From positions 1,394,986 to 1,458,985 of the forward strand of contig OZ242214.1 of assembly GCA_965206595.1 (NCBI GenBank): DNA of 64,000 nucleotides. Reading direction: 5' to 3'. The DNA comes from Candidatus Latescibacterota bacterium (GTDB taxonomy: Bacteria; Latescibacterota; UBA2968; UBA8231). Shown here in pieces: positions 28,561-39,314 of the stretch; positions within the stretch are counted from its first letter, which is position 1; each line of letters starts with the position of its first letter. The notes under the pieces were generated by a model. That model had not been told where the DNA came from. It saw only the letters and a list, made by a program, of their open reading frames with translations, and made no database searches. The translations under genes were made by a program, and so were the position numbers.

Positions 28561-30142
28561 TTGCTCGCGCAAGTCGGTGATGTTCGCATAACTGTCGAGG
28601 TTTTGCAGACCTATGCTGCAAAGGCGCCTACCAACATGGAAGAATTCCAGGTTGAATACCGGGATCTGCTGCAAACTTTAGTGGATCGGGAGGTGCTGCT
28701 GCTGGAAGCCCAAATCCGGGGAATGGCTGAAGACTCCTTGGCCCAGTCACGACTCCGTGAGGATGAAACAGAGCGCCTCGTGCAAGAGATGCTTTCGCCA
28801 AGTTACCGCCAGGCTTTCGGTTACTCCTGAAGAGGTGAGAAGGGAATTCGAAACTGGTGGCTGGGATGACCAGGTCCAGTGCCTCCAGATCTTCGTGTCC
28901 GATTCGGCCAGAGTAGGAATGCTGTTGGACAAGTTGCAGGAGGGGGCCGACTTCGAGGAATTGGGCAGGCGCTGGGCGGAAGACCGCCTTTTCAAAATCC
29001 CGACCGGTTCGGTGCAGAGGTTTTCTTACTCTGCCAAGGACGGACCCCGAAAAGTCGTGGAGGCGGTTTTCGATTTGTCCGCTGGAGAGGTGACTGGGGC
29101 CATCGAGATCGACGGCGGATGGGTCATTGTCAAGGTTTTGGAAAGGCGTCGGGTTCCGTTCGAGGAGGTGAGGGAGAAGGTTCAAAACTGGTTGACCCGT
29201 AGAAAAAAGGAGGCTTTGCGAGACGTCTATTTCATTTCGCTGCGAGAGAGCTTCGAATTGGCTTTGAACCAGGAAGGAATTGACCTGGTACTGCGGATGC
29301 TGAAAGAGGGGGTCCGCGGCCATGGGCTGGCCGCGGAAGAGCGCATGGTGCCGGTGTACACCTACAGGGGAGGAGCGCTAACGGTAGAAGCGGCCCTTTC
29401 GGCGATAAAACAAGGACCTCGAAGTTCGGCCGACCTTTCCGAAGGCCTTGTGATAGAGAAGTTGAGAGAGGTTCTCAAGCGCAGGCTGGTACTGGCTGAC
29501 GCCCGGTCGCGAGGTCTGGATGAGACCGAGGAATTCAGGAAGTGGAGACGGGGGAAGAAGGCGGACCTGATGATCGGCATGTTGCGCTCCCGGGTCCTCG
29601 ATGAAGAACTAACGGTCTCGGAAGAAGAAATCCGGGCCCGTTACGAGGAGCGCAAGGAGCATTTTCGTCAGCCTGCAAGTGCTCGGGTTCTCGACCTCCT
29701 CGTCAAGGATCCCGGAGAAGCGAGAGCATTACGGCGGGAGATCGAAGCCGGCGGGGACATGCGCAGTCTCATACGTCGCCACAGCATCCGGGAAAATTCC
29801 GAGGAGGGGGTCCTGGAGGTTTACGAAGTACAGTCCATGATTTTTGGAGAAGAATGGCTCAACGCGGTCATGAATGCCCCGGTGAACGAACTACGGGGAC
29901 CTGTCGAGAGCAAAGGGGGATTCTCCCTGTTCAAGGTGCTCGAGAGAAGACCCCGCGACTACTTCCAGCTCGAAAACGAACGCGTGCGCATGACCCTGAT
30001 CAGGGAGATCAGGGAAATCAAGGAGCGGGTACTGTTCAATGAGTTCCTGGAGAGCTTGCTGCGCAAGCATTCCGACCTGATCCATGTTTCAGAGGAGAAT
30101 CTCGAGCGCATGGAGGCTGAGAGCAGAACTGAACTACAATAG
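28561..30142 (+). pseudogene. Parvulin-type peptidyl-prolyl isomerase (SurA/PrsA-like), frameshifted and apparently 5'-truncated by the IS1182 insertion
   Basis: ORF 28561..28830 (SurA-N-like ITVEVLQTYAAKAPTNMEEFQVEYRDLLQTLVDREVL) continues in ORF 28757..30142 after a shift near 28800 (parvulin-like VQCLQIFVSD...GADFEELGRRWAED...GAIEIDGGWVIVKV). No signal peptide; the reading frame stays open back into the IS right end. Confidence 0.6.
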
Positions 30143-30565
30143 GTTGATTGGGCAACCACCTAGAGGGAGGATCTGTCCTGACCTCCGGCCCTCAAAAGGC
30201 GGAGATCGAAGCGTTCTTCCGCAGCTTCTACTCTCGCCCGACTCGCCGAGGCCCCGGTTCTGCTGAAGGTTCGCGAGCCGCTCGAAGGGGAGGTAGCCCT
30301 TACCGGCCCCCCGCCGGATCGATGGCGATCAAGGCTGTCGAGCACCTGGCATCGGCCCGGTCCCAACAGGACCGACCGCGCCCGTCGCCCCCGTGCCCTG
30401 CTACTTCTCACGCTCTTGGATAAAGGGGTGGTCGGACTTCCGGCGGACGGTCACCCAGGAAAAGGCGAAAAAGCTGTTTCCGGCCCTCAGGTACCTGCTC
30501 GGCTTCTCGTCCAATCCCAATCGTCAGGGGCTGATCCTGCCCGCGGCGGATTCGGCGCCGATTTT

Positions 30566-32770
30566 TCAGAAATACAGTTTGTGCAGCACCCGCAGGTTGC
30601 TGCCCGGCTCGGGCAGGATCTCCTTGACCCGGTTGAGGTGCCTGCGATAGACCGCGTCGGTGGCGTTTTCCAGGCTGGCCGAAAAGGCGTGCAGACGCCC
30701 GCGCCAATGGGCGAGGTATTGCCCGGACAGATCAAGCACGGCGTAGCCGTCGGTCGGTTCCTCGAACTCGCCGGGACGGCCCTGGGCCGCGGCGAGGCGA
30801 AGCGCGACAGTGCCGCTCAGGGATTCCCGCCCGCCGGTCAGGCTGAAACGGCCCTGCAGTGGAGGCATCCGGGGCAGCGGCTCGTCGTCCCGGTCGCTCA
30901 ACACCCCTCGCACATGGCTCGCGGTGACCGCGGTTTCCCAGCTACGCGACAGCTCCCAGTCGACGGCGACCTCGGCACCGCGCATGCGGGCACGTTCCCC
31001 GACGGTCCGATACAGGAACAGGTCGGCGCGCCGCCGACTCTCCTCGCCGGTGTTCCTGGGAAAGATGAAGCCGTCGATGTCGTTGCGGAAAATGGCGAGG
31101 TGGAGATGTCCCCCGGGGTGGTGGTAGTCGGCGAACAGCTCGAGCCCCCGCCCGCGTTCGCTGTCCAGGGCGCCGTTGCCGACTTCGTAGGAGTACGCAG
31201 CCAGGTGCGGCCCCTCCGAGAACAGCTCTTCGATTCCGGGAGCCCGGAAGGTGCGCATCAGGGTCGCGCCCAGGGTCAACGCTTCGGTGGGGCGATAGTG
31301 AGCGGACAGGCCGCCTGACAATCCCGCGAAGTCCCGCCGCTGTATGCGGCCGACCATCCGGGAATCCCGCTCCTCCCGTGGTCGGACGCTGCGAGCGTCT
31401 AACCGCACGGCCCCGTTAGCGGCCCAGGAACCGCGTTCCCACTCCTGGTAGGTGAAGCAAGCCGCGGCGTACTCGGTTGCCGGAGGGGTGAAGCTGAGGC
31501 CTGCGGCGGCGTAGTTGCGGTATTCGTACCAGACCCCGGCGGCGCCGTTCTCGAAGGGACCGACGGGATTCAGGCGGGCGAGACTGGCGAGGTGGTGGGT
31601 CAGTACCCCGAACTCTATGCCCTTTGATCCGCTGGCCTCGAACTCGCCGTGCTGGTAGCGGGAGAAGGTGTGGTGCAGCTCGAGCTGCCTGATCCGGTCG
31701 GAAACCGCAAGAAGCTCGGCGCGCGTTTCCAGGTGCTGGCGTTCGAGCAGGATCGACACCCCAGACGGGTGGGAGCCGATCGGGTCCGGAGGTATGCCGT
31801 ACTCGGAATCGTAAAGGCTTCCGGAGAAGCCGAAGTGGCCCCAAGGCTTCACCAGACTGACTCCCAGCGATCCGTTGCCGGTGCGGATGTCGGTGTTGGC
31901 AAGGGTGCCTCGCGGAGTCGAGACATCCCCTGCATGACGCAGGCTGCTGTCGAAGCGCAGAGCGAGCGGTCCCAGCGGCTGTTCGAATGCGAGCCCCGCG
32001 GAAAGGCCGCCGGTGACGCTTTCCCCCTGCCAGACGAAGGAACCGTTGCGCTGCTGCGGCTGTTCGGAAGGAACGTACCCGCGGACGACGTTGACCACCC
32101 CTCCCAAAGCATTGGAACCGTAGAGGATGGTCTCCGGGCCCCGGATCACCTCGATGCGTTCCGTGGTCATCGGTTCGATCGCCACGGCGTGGTCCGACGA
32201 TGACGCGGACAGGTCCCCGGTGCGTTCCCCATCTTCGAGCACGAGCAGGCGGTCGCCGCTCAGTCCGCGCAATACGGGGCGGGAGGGCGCCGGGCCCATG
32301 GTTCGCTGCGCCACTCCTGGTTCAAAGTCAATGGTCTCGGCTATGGTGCGGCTGAGATTCTGACGGAGTTTGCTGCCGCTGAAAACGACTTCGGGTTCGT
32401 GAAGCGGGGAGACAGGCCGCTCGTGCTCATCCTCGACAACGGTCTCCTCCATGTGCAGGGCATCATGTCCGATCTGGAGATCGACGTGGGTTGTGTCTCC
32501 CTGCTCGACCCGCACCTCGAATCGCGCATCGCGGTATCCGAGGTGCAGCGTCTGCAGGATGTACATCCCCGGGGTCAGGGCGGGAAAAAGGAAATGCCCT
32601 TCGCTGTCGCTGACGCGGCCGTGGTTGATCCCCTCGATGACCACGGTTGCCCAGGGCACCGGGTCGCCGCTGTCGGCGTCGACGACGTGCCCGGCGAGCG
32701 CCCCTGTTGCAGCGGCGTACAGGGGCGCTGCCGACAGGTATGCAGCAAGAGCAAACGTTCGGAAGATCAA
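30566..32770 (-). CDS. TonB-dependent receptor with N-terminal carboxypeptidase-regulatory-like domain
   Basis: 734 aa; signal peptide, CarbopepD_reg-like segment (GHVVDADSGDPVPWATVVIEGINHGRVSDSEGHFLFPALTPGMYIL), plug and barrel-like body, C-terminal ...VLHKLYF. Start codon appears to be TTG, 4 nt after the lipoprotein stop. Confidence 0.85.
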   Translation of the reverse strand: MIFRTFALAAYLSAAPLYAAATGALAGHVVDADSGDPVPWATVVIEGINHGRVSDSEGHFLFPALTPGMYILQTLHLGYRDARFEVRVEQGDTTHVDLQIGHDALHMEETVVEDEHERPVSPLHEPEVVFSGSKLRQNLSRTIAETIDFEPGVAQRTMGPAPSRPVLRGLSGDRLLVLEDGERTGDLSASSSDHAVAIEPMTTERIEVIRGPETILYGSNALGGVVNVVRGYVPSEQPQQRNGSFVWQGESVTGGLSAGLAFEQPLGPLALRFDSSLRHAGDVSTPRGTLANTDIRTGNGSLGVSLVKPWGHFGFSGSLYDSEYGIPPDPIGSHPSGVSILLERQHLETRAELLAVSDRIRQLELHHTFSRYQHGEFEASGSKGIEFGVLTHHLASLARLNPVGPFENGAAGVWYEYRNYAAAGLSFTPPATEYAAACFTYQEWERGSWAANGAVRLDARSVRPREERDSRMVGRIQRRDFAGLSGGLSAHYRPTEALTLGATLMRTFRAPGIEELFSEGPHLAAYSYEVGNGALDSERGRGLELFADYHHPGGHLHLAIFRNDIDGFIFPRNTGEESRRRADLFLYRTVGERARMRGAEVAVDWELSRSWETAVTASHVRGVLSDRDDEPLPRMPPLQGRFSLTGGRESLSGTVALRLAAAQGRPGEFEEPTDGYAVLDLSGQYLAHWRGRLHAFSASLENATDAVYRRHLNRVKEILPEPGSNLRVLHKLYF

Positions 32771-32776
32771 TCCTTT

Positions 32777-33292
32777 TTAGCCTTCCTCATCGTGATCCTC
32801 GTCGGCGTGGGAGTCCTCAAAGCCCGGACCTCCTTCTTCGACGTGGACTTCAATATCCTTGGAAACGAAGTCGGCGTGGTCGTTGTGGTTGAGCTTGATC
32901 ACCATGGTGGTCTGCCCCTCTTCCAGGCCGGAAATGTGGAATGCCCAGGGGCCGTCTTCCTCGTGCTGTTCGATTTCGGCGATGCTTTCGTCGGCGATTT
33001 CCCAGTCAAGGGCATAGCCGTCGTCCGCGTCCGGGGTGAACAGGTCGCCGTCCTCGGCAATGAAACGCACCGACAGCAGGGGGGTTTCCAGGCCGTGGCC
33101 CACTTTGATGTCACCTTCTGTCTCGCCGTTCTCGTAGCGGACGAGCTCCTCGCCGCTGCCGAAGATGATCAAGCCGAAGGCTTCGGCGTGCTCTTCCCCC
33201 TCATGGGGGTCTACGGGATTGTCGTCGTCGCCACAGCCGGCAAGGAGCAGTGACATGAGAATCGGTGCTGCTGTCGAGATAATCCTGAGCAT
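32777..33292 (-). CDS. His/Asp/Glu-rich lipoprotein; putative metal-binding accessory of the downstream TonB receptor
   Basis: Start at internal ATG 33292 (MLRIISTAAPILMSLLLAGC, lipobox LLAGC) with GGAGAA RBS; very acidic mature protein with His clusters (DPHEGEEHAE, HNDHADF, DSHADEDHDEEG). Confidence 0.65.
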   Translation of the reverse strand: MLRIISTAAPILMSLLLAGCGDDDNPVDPHEGEEHAEAFGLIIFGSGEELVRYENGETEGDIKVGHGLETPLLSVRFIAEDGDLFTPDADDGYALDWEIADESIAEIEQHEEDGPWAFHISGLEEGQTTMVIKLNHNDHADFVSKDIEVHVEEGGPGFEDSHADEDHDEEG

Positions 33293-33513
33293 GGTATGGT
33301 TCTCCAGGTTGATGTCCCTGTGACCCGAAGGTCCCGGGGTTGTGATCAATGTGATACCGGTCGGAACAGGCAGGAGACATGGGCCTACCGCCTGTATCCA
33401 CGCGGGTCGGGTAAGGAGAACGCATCCGCACCCCGCCGATCCAGATGGCGCGGAAGCGTCGGGCGGTGGCGCCAGGATGGCGGAAAGGGACTACGTGAGG
33501 CGAGTGCGGATGC

Positions 33514-33825
33514 TCAGGTGCGGGGTGGGGCGCGATTCCCGAAAGAATAGCCGCGGAAGAAAAGCGGCGGCGGGACGGACCAGATGACCTGGTGGCGGGT
33601 GCGGGGTCCGGCGAGCAGGAGGGCGAGTGCAAGGATGACGCCGACGAGCAGCACCAAGCTGCTCTCGAGCATGCGGGCCGGGCAGTTTTCCGGTTCGGTC
33701 GATCCTGCGTGGAATAGCTGATGACCAAACGGGAGTGTAAGGAAAAGTCCGATCAGCAGGGCGGCAAAGCAGAGCACCGCGAGATTCGCGAGCCCTCGAC
33801 AGCCTCTGTGGTATCCGGTAAGCAA
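33514..33825 (-). CDS. Possible small membrane protein (two hydrophobic segments); weak call
   Basis: 103-aa ORF with hydrophobic stretches LAVLCFAALLIGLFLTL and LVLLVGVILALALLLA; no clear RBS. Confidence 0.25.
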   Translation of the reverse strand: MLTGYHRGCRGLANLAVLCFAALLIGLFLTLPFGHQLFHAGSTEPENCPARMLESSLVLLVGVILALALLLAGPRTRHQVIWSVPPPLFFRGYSFGNRAPPRT

Positions 33826-34474
33826 TGGTCGTCAACCTTGCTGTCAATGTACTCCTGCTGACGGTGAACCGTCAAAGTCGGGCAGGAGGGTCCTCAGTGG
33901 CATCCAGTCGGGCGCGGCCTTACTTCCAACCGGCATCCACCAGGCAGCTCCGTTCGCTCCCGACGCCATTTGGCCAGGGCAGGCTTTGGCAATGCGTAGT
34001 TCGGAAAACCATGGTGCTCGGGGGTGAGAGTCGCTTTGGAGGCGAGAGCGGCCAGCAGACCAAAAGGGGCCACTTAATCTGCTCTGCCAGCGGCGGACAA
34101 AGGGCCGGTCCAGCTGTATGGGAATCCTGCCGGGGACCAACAGCCCCCGGCAATAGTGTTCGTGACCGACGGCATCTACCACACCCTGTCGAGGTTCGCA
34201 CCTGCTGTTGGGGAAATGACCGAGGAGGAGCTGGAGGTTGCCCTGGATGCCATAATGCCTTGCTGAGGGGATTCGATGAAATTCATCAGCGACCGCGCCT
34301 GCTCGGATTTGGCAGCAACAGAGGGAGGCGTTCGTCCCCGCTGTGCCGGCTGCCCTCCCATTGGGCCAGGGCGGCTTTACGGCTGCCTTGTCGTCGCGCT
34401 CAATATCAGTCTGCTACACTATCGGCGATCGGATTTCGAACGGAAAAGAAACGAAACGACTGGAATGGTTTCTC

Positions 34475-35040
34475 ATGCGAAAAGAAACGGAATACTCCTG
34501 GAAGGAGCATCGCGTCCTTCGGGGTGACGGCCGGGGCGGATACGTCGTTCATCCGGCGCAGTACCGGTTCGTGCCCCGCTACCGGGGGGTGAAGGTCCTC
34601 CCCTTCGGGCTGGCCGCCACGGACAACGGGGAGATTCTGCTAACGGGGGCGGCGAGAACCGGCCGCGGTCCGTCGGTGTACGGAGAGACCGTGGCTTCCA
34701 TTAGCGCCGACCTCGGGGTTACCTGGAGCGAGTACGAAACCGCGGGGTTCGGTCCGGCCGTGCGCCTGACCTTGCTCGGCCGCGGCAGGCCTCTTATCGA
34801 GACTGGCTGCGCCCCTTGCTCGCCGAGCTTCCAGGGGCGCGCTTGGCTATCGTCGGGGGATGCCCGTCCCGGGAGGACCTCGAGCGGTTCTTTGCGGGCA
34901 CGCCCACGGTGTTCGTCGGATACCTGCAAGGGGAGGAGCTCGCCCACGCCTACGCCAGCGCCGACCTCTTCGCCTTTCCCTCGGCCAGCGAGACCTTCGG
35001 CAACGTCGTCCTCGAAGCCGCGACCTTCCGGCAGTGGCAG
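34475..35040 (+). pseudogene. Juxtaposed gene remnants: Asp-box (BNR-like) protein N-terminal fragment fused out of frame to a family-1 glycosyltransferase C-terminal fragment
   Basis: ORF 34343..35326 from ATG 34475 (MRKETEYSW ... [12 protein letters not shown] Asp-box); a second frame from ~34780 gives a GT-B C-terminal signature ([25 protein letters not shown]...[37 protein letters not shown]) that stops making sense at ~35030, where the convergent GT39-like gene ends. Confidence 0.4.
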
Positions 35041-35044
35041 GCAT

Positions 35045-37537
35045 TCAATCTGCTTTCGTTTCCTCCGATGCCTCGATCCACGGCGCCAGTTCCGTCCCCA
35101 GTCCGGGATCCAACTCAACGGCTCTTTGGAGGTGGAACAAAGCCTGGTCCCGATGATCCGGGATGGGGGCAAGGATCTGCCCCAGGCCTCCATGGACACG
35201 CGCTTGTTTGTCGTCCAGCTTCAAGGACAGCTCGAGAAACTTAGCAGCATTCTCGTGGCTGTTCTCGCGAAGTGCGATATGCGACAGGAAATTGTACGCC
35301 TTGGGAAGTGGATGAATCCGGATTGACAACGACAGTAGTTCGGCCGCGGTTACCTTTGCTCCGCGGTCGTATAGATTCAGGGATAGAATTGAATATTGAT
35401 TCGCCAGCCAGGATGTATCACTAGTGGGCTGGGAGGCTTGGCGAGCCCCTTCCTCAAGTACGGAAAAGGACAAGCCGGGCAAACCAAGTTCAACCAGACT
35501 CATCCCACTTGCCCAGAAATACAGATACTGAAAGCGATCCACGGTCCCGGTCAGGTACAGTTCCATTGCCTCTTTGTCTGACTGCCCCATCCGCTTCAGA
35601 ACCTCCGCTTCGACGAGATGGGCAACCTTCGACTGGGGCAACTGCCTTTTCGCTTCTGAGATCGCCCGCAGGCTCGCGTTGAGGTCCCCTTCCCGAAGGG
35701 CGGAAGCCGCGGTTTCCAGTAAAGGATCGGCACAATACGGGCTTGTCGGCATCCGCTCCTGAAAATGCGTCCAGGCTGCTTGCCACTCTGTTTCATCCTT
35801 TCTGAAGACCATGACAGCCGGGTGGTCGAAGCCGGTGAACGACGGTTCGCTCCCATCGTCCCGGAATTCCAGGCCGCCGATGGAAGGGTAGTTTTTGAAA
35901 CGGCGGACCAAGTCAAAACCCAGATCGCCCTCCACCAGCGCCTCGTATAATGCCGCCCCGCCCGGAATCAGCTCCGGGACTGCGGTGAAATGCTGATAGC
36001 GGTTGACGTCGGTGATGACGATATAGTCCAGAGCGTCCAACTGCCTCTTCAGCCAATAGAGCTCTCCTTTGCAGGTCGCGAATCCGCGGAATTGGAAGAG
36101 CATCAACGTTTGGAAAGCACCGATTTGGAATTTTGCGGGATCGATCATACCCCGCATGGAGAAGGCGCCCCGTTCGACTCCGATACTGCTGTTGGCCGGG
36201 ACATGGTCGTTTATCCACCGGGCAGTCTGGACGCGGCTGTCCTCACGGGTATAGAGGCTGGCAAAGGCAACGCCGTACAGTGCGCTGTACGCGAACACCG
36301 CGGCGCAGATGCCGACGGCGAGCATGCGCACCCGGACGAAGCGGGGAGAGCGGACGAACCAGACGCAGAAGTCGGCTGCCAATAGGGCGAGGAAAGGGAG
36401 CAGGGGCAGGAGATACCGTATGTGCTTGGTATGCAGGCCGCCGATCAGGAAAAAGTAGATCCCCGCCCAGAGCAGGATAAGTCCATTTCGATGGTTCCTT
36501 TTCCAAAGGCCGCGGGATATCCCGAGAAGGAAGAGGAGGGTAAGAGGCCAGCCCACTCCCAGGGGCCACAGGTGGGTCCAATAATGCAGGTATGGGACGG
36601 TGTGAACATCCACCAGGCTCCAGGGAACGAGACGCTCTCCCCGAGCCACTATCATCGAATATCCCAGGTCGTCGGAGGAATGGGCCCGGAAAATCAGGTC
36701 CCAGTCCGTAACGAGAAACGGCTGGAGCGCCAGCAGGGCCAGCACCGCGGCGAGACCTGCCATCCAAATCCGGGGTGCCAGGACTGCCTTCAGGTGTCGC
36801 TGGCGAACCAGATGGCCGGCCAGCAGCACGAGCCCCACCGACAGGCCGATCAGGCGGACGGCCCCACTGAGCCCTATCAGAAAACCGGACCATATGAACC
36901 ACCGCCTGTCATCCTTTTCTAGTGCATTCAAAAGGGCGTGAACCGCGGCCAGGACAAGCAGAGCGAACAGCCCGTCGACGGTGTAGAAATGGGCGAGCTG
37001 GATCGCCAGCGGGGCTACGGCAACGATGAAGACAGCTAGCAGCCCGGTCAGCTCACCGAACCAGCGAACCCCGGCCAGCCAGACCAGGTACAGCGTCAGG
37101 CAGGAGACCAGCACCGCAAGGGTGCGGGCAGTGAGATATACATACCGGACATCATCGGGCGATTCCTGAGATTTGAAGTCGCGGCCGAGAACGATCCGGT
37201 TGAGCTCCAGGAAGCCCCGCAAGAGATAGACAGGGAGCGTGCCGTAGCTGGTCAGCTCTGGGGCGAACGGGTCGATGGGACCCAGGGCAGCCTGGACGAG
37301 AGTGGTTTCATCCGGATGGAAATGGTAGAATGCTCTGTCGCCTGTGGACTGGTTTGGTCCAGGCAGCACGAAGGAGCTGTCCCCCCGGGTCAACCCTGCG
37401 AAGCGCAGCGAGCAGCCCAGTACGAGGCATATAGCCAGAAAGAGGGAAGGGACTCGGGTTTTCTTTCTATGTCCACTCATGGGTGGTTTTTTACGAACAG
37501 CATGACCGGGGCATGATGGCTGCCGGTTCAGTCCCAT
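35045..37537 (-). CDS. Polytopic membrane glycosyltransferase (GT39/GT83-like, PMT/ArnT fold) with C-terminal TPR-like repeats
   Basis: 830 aa; many hydrophobic helices; DE motif in the first loop ([10 protein letters not shown]); C-terminal helical repeats. Start ambiguous between 37537 and the ATG at 37480. Confidence 0.6.
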   Translation of the reverse strand: MGLNRQPSCPGHAVRKKPPMSGHRKKTRVPSLFLAICLVLGCSLRFAGLTRGDSSFVLPGPNQSTGDRAFYHFHPDETTLVQAALGPIDPFAPELTSYGTLPVYLLRGFLELNRIVLGRDFKSQESPDDVRYVYLTARTLAVLVSCLTLYLVWLAGVRWFGELTGLLAVFIVAVAPLAIQLAHFYTVDGLFALLVLAAVHALLNALEKDDRRWFIWSGFLIGLSGAVRLIGLSVGLVLLAGHLVRQRHLKAVLAPRIWMAGLAAVLALLALQPFLVTDWDLIFRAHSSDDLGYSMIVARGERLVPWSLVDVHTVPYLHYWTHLWPLGVGWPLTLLFLLGISRGLWKRNHRNGLILLWAGIYFFLIGGLHTKHIRYLLPLLPFLALLAADFCVWFVRSPRFVRVRMLAVGICAAVFAYSALYGVAFASLYTREDSRVQTARWINDHVPANSSIGVERGAFSMRGMIDPAKFQIGAFQTLMLFQFRGFATCKGELYWLKRQLDALDYIVITDVNRYQHFTAVPELIPGGAALYEALVEGDLGFDLVRRFKNYPSIGGLEFRDDGSEPSFTGFDHPAVMVFRKDETEWQAAWTHFQERMPTSPYCADPLLETAASALREGDLNASLRAISEAKRQLPQSKVAHLVEAEVLKRMGQSDKEAMELYLTGTVDRFQYLYFWASGMSLVELGLPGLSFSVLEEGARQASQPTSDTSWLANQYSILSLNLYDRGAKVTAAELLSLSIRIHPLPKAYNFLSHIALRENSHENAAKFLELSLKLDDKQARVHGGLGQILAPIPDHRDQALFHLQRAVELDPGLGTELAPWIEASEETKAD

Positions 37538-37769
37538 CGATACGTGGAAAGTCCGCCATCAGTTGCAGTTCTTGTCGGCATTTTTAGCAAGGGTGGCAGG
37601 GCAGCGAACCTCTGGAGGAAGCAGGGCGGATGATGACTGCGGGACATCGGGGGTGGGAGGGACTGAGGGAAAGGGGGGGGACAGCTGCCCGGCGGCAGCC
37701 CTGTCGGGCACAGCTTCGTTTCCGCCCGAGACAGTTAGTGGCGGACCTCGGCGGCAATAGCGATTCCCG

Positions 37770-38522
37770 CTACGCCACCCGCTGGCCGCCCCGCAGCACC
37801 GGCAGCCGATCCCCCCAGGGCTCGCCGGTGCGCACCAGGACCGGGTCGGGCACGTGGTACTGGGGCACATAAGCCCGCCGCGGCCGGTCCCTGGAGGTAT
37901 TGGGACCGCTGCGATGCAACAGCAGCGATGAGAACACCGCCACCTGCCCGGCGCGCATCTCCACCGGAATGGCCCCGTCGTCATCCACCTGGGCGTTCTT
38001 GCCCCCGTAGCGTTGCTCGTCCTCCTCTTCCGTTACGTGCTCGAGCACGCCGCGCCTGTGGGATCCGGGAATGATCCATATGCAGCCGTTCTCGAGGTCG
38101 GAGTCGGAGATCGCCGTCCAGCAGGTGATGTACTCCAGCGGCTCCGTCTTCGTATAGCCTGAATCCTGGTGCCAGTCGAAAACCTTGCCGAGGCCTCCGG
38201 GCATTTTCGTCGTCGCCTGGTTGTAGTAGAGATCCACATCCTCCCCGATTAGGAGGCGGCAGGCTTCCAGGTAAACCGGCTTCCTGAGGAAATCGAGCGC
38301 CACCGGGCTCAGGGTGTGAAACTGGGAGAACGAGCGGCGTCCGCGAGCGCTTTCCACCGCCGGGGCATCCCCAAGGGCCTCCGCCTCGCGCACGTGCTCG
38401 GCGTATACCCGGTCCATCTCCGCCGCCATCGGTTCGAGCTCCCCAGGAGAAAAAACCACGCCGGTAACGAAGTAGCCCAGCTCGCGAAACTGCTGCACTT
38501 CTTCAGTGCTGATCAGGGTCAT
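37770..38522 (-). CDS. PhyH-family Fe(II)/2OG dioxygenase
   Basis: H-x-D (DWHQDSGY), distal His/Arg (LLLHRSGPNTSRDRPR). Start at ATG 38522 (MTLISTEEVQQFRELGYF); ORF track opens at GTG 38561. Confidence 0.8.
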   Translation of the reverse strand: MTLISTEEVQQFRELGYFVTGVVFSPGELEPMAAEMDRVYAEHVREAEALGDAPAVESARGRRSFSQFHTLSPVALDFLRKPVYLEACRLLIGEDVDLYYNQATTKMPGGLGKVFDWHQDSGYTKTEPLEYITCWTAISDSDLENGCIWIIPGSHRRGVLEHVTEEEDEQRYGGKNAQVDDDGAIPVEMRAGQVAVFSSLLLHRSGPNTSRDRPRRAYVPQYHVPDPVLVRTGEPWGDRLPVLRGGQRVA

Positions 38523-38583
38523 GGGGCACCGCTTTTTGAGAGGTTGCTTCCGGTTGGCCACCCGGGCCCGGAGGAGAAAGAGG

Positions 38584-39105
38584 TCAGTCGCGGGCGTCCG
38601 GGGGCGATGAGAAAAATCCCTTCAGGGCGACGGCCAGCACCCACAGCAGGCCGAGGATGCACAGACCTGCCGAAGGCACCGCCAGCCATTGCAGCGAAGC
38701 CTTGGCCACGCCGGTGCCCCCCATACCGGGAGCTCTGAGCCCGGCCCACATCCAGAACAGCGGATACAGGACGGCCCCTGCGCCGAGGGCGAGGGCGGCC
38801 AACCTTCGGGTCCCGGGGGAGGCCGGAAGGCAGGATAGCAGGAGAATGAGGGCGAGGGCGGCGGTGCCCAGGCCGTTGGCATGCAGGTGGGCGCGCTTGA
38901 AGTAGACCCAGGCCTTGTCGATGACTTTCTGCATTTTCGCCGCGTCCCCGCCGTAGGCCTGCGGCAGGACCGCTTCCCCTTCGGCCTTGAGATGGGCCTT
39001 GATGTCCTCTTCGAAGGCGCCGAACACAGCCCCCAATCCGAAGCCGTAGCAGAGGGCCAGGAGGGCAAGGAGCGTCCCGAACTTCATCGGCGTGATTTTT
39101 CCCAT
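38584..39105 (-). CDS. Hypothetical integral membrane protein (about 4 TM helices)
   Basis: Hydrophobic segments FGTLLALLALCYGFGLGAVFGAF, GTAALALILLLSCL, LAALALGAGAVLYPLFWMWA, LCILGLLWVLAVAL. Start at ATG 39105 or 39087; ORF track opens at TTG 39141. Confidence 0.5.
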   Translation of the reverse strand: MGKITPMKFGTLLALLALCYGFGLGAVFGAFEEDIKAHLKAEGEAVLPQAYGGDAAKMQKVIDKAWVYFKRAHLHANGLGTAALALILLLSCLPASPGTRRLAALALGAGAVLYPLFWMWAGLRAPGMGGTGVAKASLQWLAVPSAGLCILGLLWVLAVALKGFFSSPPDARD

Positions 39106-39314
39106 GTCGATCAGATTGGTATCCAGTCGCGCAGGTGTCAAGACGTCGGCGTGACCGATGCTCGTTCCAGCGAGACCCCCTCAACGACAAGGAGCGGCGC
39201 CGGTGCATGAAAAGGGCCGGCCCCGGGAATGAAATCCAGGACCGGCTCTTCTCGCTTCCTCCTTGTAGAGCGGAGGACCCTCCGGGGAGAGAGAGGGAAA
39301 TCGCGAACCGTTAC

